In this document: positions 61,105 to 64,000 of the stretch, in pieces
Numbering within the stretch: the first letter of the stretch is position 1
How the letters are laid out: each line of letters begins with the position of its first letter
NCBI RefSeq assembly: GCF_006345805.1
Contig: NC_043013.1
Coordinates: 33,356,001 to 33,420,000 of the forward strand
Length of the DNA stretch: 64,000 bases
Direction: 5' to 3'
Source: Octopus sinensis
Lineage: Eukaryota
Program-made: the position numbers and the translations under genes
Notes under the pieces: model-generated
Databases searched by the model: none
What the model saw: only the letters and a program-made list of their open reading frames with translations
What the model was told of the DNA's origin: nothing

Positions 61105-61775
61105 TGCGATATTATAATGTTATTTCTTCACTGCCCGCAAGGGGCTGAACACAGAGGGGACAAACGATTAAGTCGATTATATCGACCCCAGTGCGCAACT
61201 GGTACTTATTTAACCGACCCGAAAGGATGAAAGCCAAATTCGACCTCGGCGGAATTCGAAATCAGAACGTAACGGCAGACGAAAAACCTAATTCTTTACT
61301 ACCCACAAGGGGCTAAACACGGAGAGGACAAACAAGGACAGACAATCAGATTAAGTCGATTATATCGACCTCAGTCCGTAATTGGTACTTATTTAATCGA
61401 CCCCGAAAGGATGAAAGGCAAAGTGGCCCTCGGTGGAATTTGAACTCAGAACATAGCGACAGACGAAATACCGCTTAGCATTTCGCCCGGCATGCTAACA
61501 ATTCTGCCAGCGCGATATTATGTCAACGATAGATACTTTTGGCGTAGAAATCTGTCACGCTGAGGTGAGAGGACGGTAAAACTGTGTGTGCGCGCGTGAG
61601 AGAGAGAGAGAGAGAAAGAGATAGAGAGTTATGCAACTGATACTTAATTTATCGACTCCGACAGGATGAAAAGCAAAGTCGACCTCGGCGGAATTTGAAC
61701 TCAGAACGTAAAGACAGACGAAATAGTGCTAAGCACTTCGTTCGGCGTGCTAACCTTCTCTGCCAGCTCGCCGCT
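61105..61775 (-). mobile_element. SINE family A tandem dimer (61105-61515) plus a separate copy (61635-61775)
   Basis: Body units joined at gacgaaaaacc|taattcttt. Confidence 0.9.
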
Positions 61776-62909
61776 TTAACCATCAGATATATTGTATAAG
61801 AAATTATTTGCTCCAAACTGTCACGCTGACATCGGTTGGGAATTAATTTCAGAGCAGAAGTAAACGTGCTTAGAATGTAATTCTAGCCTCTATTCACAAA
61901 AATTCAATGTACAGCTTGTAAAATTGAATACAGCTAAAATACTCGTCTTAGAAAGAGGCTGAGGTACATTTATTCTGAACTTGGAAACGTACCGAGAGAG
62001 GAATATAGGAAAAAAGGGTTAAGAGACATCGAAATGATACAAGACTACATTAATATATACCATTTTTTATGGTAGTTAATATTTCAAATAATTTCGGTTA
62101 CTCTTTCTAGCATGTTGAATGGCTTATAGGGGTTCTTTGCATATTTATAGAAAGGTAGTTTATCACACCACACAACACGGTGGCTTACAAATAAATATGA
62201 AGTTAACATAACACCCGAGGGTTATTAACAGCTTTAATGAAACATGATTCAATTTAAGAAAACTACAACCTTGTTTTAGAATTCACGAAGCTTAAATGTT
62301 GCTCTCTAAAACACTCTTCATCATTAAACTTTAAACGATGACCCTCCTGTTCCACCCCATCTCATATGATCGATAACAATAGAGAATAACCCACTACTGT
62401 TAAGTTCACCTCTTGATTATTTGCACTCAGAAACGCGCCCTTTTGAACTGAATACTGGTAATGTATCAGAGGATGGCAAGTTTCGCTTGGAAAACTACAC
62501 AAAGATTTTTCAACGCCTCTTCTCTTCATTACGGTATTAATTATTTGTTTATAAAAAAAAAATAAAGGAACAAAATGAAATTAAAAAGTGAAAAAGAGGG
62601 GAAAAAATTAACGAAGTTTCCGATGAACAAATCAAACAAGTAAATTAATTAATACATTAATAAATAAAGAAATAAATAAATGAATAAAAATGAAAACAAA
62701 AAATCACTATACACAGAAGAATTATAAATAAGAAGGAAAAAAAAATTATTAATTCGCCGTGTTATATGTTATGTTATGTCATGTCACGGCAGATGTAAGT
62801 TGTTGTAGCAGTCTCTCTTTCCCAAACGAAAAATAATTGATTCGTTTTACTAATTAAATGGTGTTATCCGAAAATAAATTTAAAAAAAAAATAATAAAGA
62901 CAAACAAAA

Positions 62910-63161
62910 TTAATCATCATTATCGTCGTCATCGTTGATGTCATCATCATCGTCATCATCATCTTCATCATCGTCGTCGTCGTCGACATCATCATCATCG
63001 TCGTCGTCGTCATCATTATCATCGCCATCATCATCATCAACATCATCATCATCATCATCGTTGTCGTTGTCGTCATCCCCTTTACCAATATTCCTCCCCA
63101 CCATCCTCCTCCTTCTCATCATCATCAACTTCATCATCATCATCCTCATCATGATCATCAA

Positions 63162-63198
<37 letters not shown>

Positions 63199-63249
63199 TT
63201 CATCATCATCATCATCATCATAAAAATCATCATCATCATCATCGGTCAC

Positions 63250-63287
<38 letters not shown>

Positions 63288-63291
63288 CCAT

Positions 63292-63325
<34 letters not shown>

Positions 63326-63590
63326 GGTAGCGGCACTATCATCTTCATTAATATCGTCCACCGACCCCCACCCTTTCTCGCACCGCTGTCGTCATTACTC
63401 TCATTCTCTAATTTCCAATTAATTTTAATGCATATATGTATACATATATGTATATTTTTTTTTATCAATCCAATTAATTTTAATGATTTTTATCTCAATC
63501 AATTTTCTCTATGAATTATTATTATCATTTTTGTCGTCATCGTCGTCTTCGTTTTTGTTGTTGTTGTTGTTATTATTATTATTATTATTT

Positions 63591-63636
<46 letters not shown>

Positions 63637-63722
63637 CATTATTATTATTATTATTGTCATTATTATTACTATTATTATTAATATTATTATTATTAATATT
63701 ATTATTATTATTATCATCATCA

Positions 63723-63778
<56 letters not shown>

Positions 63779-64000
63779 ATTAGCCTCAGTAGTAGTAGTA
63801 GTTGTAAAAATAGTGGTGATGGTGATGATACAAGAGATCATGAACGATGCGTATGCAGGGATGGTAATGAGTGATGGTGTTTTTCAAGGTGGTTGTCATG
63901 GTAATGTTGATGGCGATAAGGTTGGAAGACGTTGACGTGGTGGTGATGGCGCCGGTGTGTCGATGGTGGTGGTAATGGTGATGGTGATGGTGGTGGTGGT
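62910..64000. repeat. Large compound triplet array (CAT, CGT, CAG, TTA, TTG, TGG blocks)
   Basis: Read directly from the sequence. Confidence 0.95.

Noticed and set aside
63295-63326. (CAG)n poly-Q / poly-H reading frame
   Set aside because: It is one block of a compound microsatellite array, with no splice or codon context for an exon.

Overview
Eukaryotic, AT-rich, microsatellite-saturated DNA. The SINE and repeat content suggests an octopus/cephalopod genome (inference from remembered repeat families, not a database search). No confidently identifiable host gene; most six-frame ORFs are translations of (TA)n, (GATA)n or triplet repeats. The main coding feature is a ~4 kb, apparently full-length but inactivated R4/Dong-clade non-LTR retrotransposon (37401-41373, minus; RT, CCHC knuckle, RLE nuclease) inserted in (TAA)n. 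About nine decayed relatives accompany it, mostly in 33.7-46.8 kb. Three share a covarying 3'-UTR stem-loop. A non-coding ~555-nt element occurs three times, always in TAA-type tracts in the same orientation, with conserved CCAAT and TATA motifs; it is a candidate non-autonomous partner of the R4/Dong elements. Also present: two tRNA-derived SINE families, mariner and maT/Tc1 relics, a non-autonomous Helitron, a TTAA-bounded foldback element, Penelope-like relics with hammerhead-ribozyme motifs, a locally templated 232-bp inverted insertion and four low-confidence candidate exons. Alignments were done by eye; boundaries of decayed relics are approximate.
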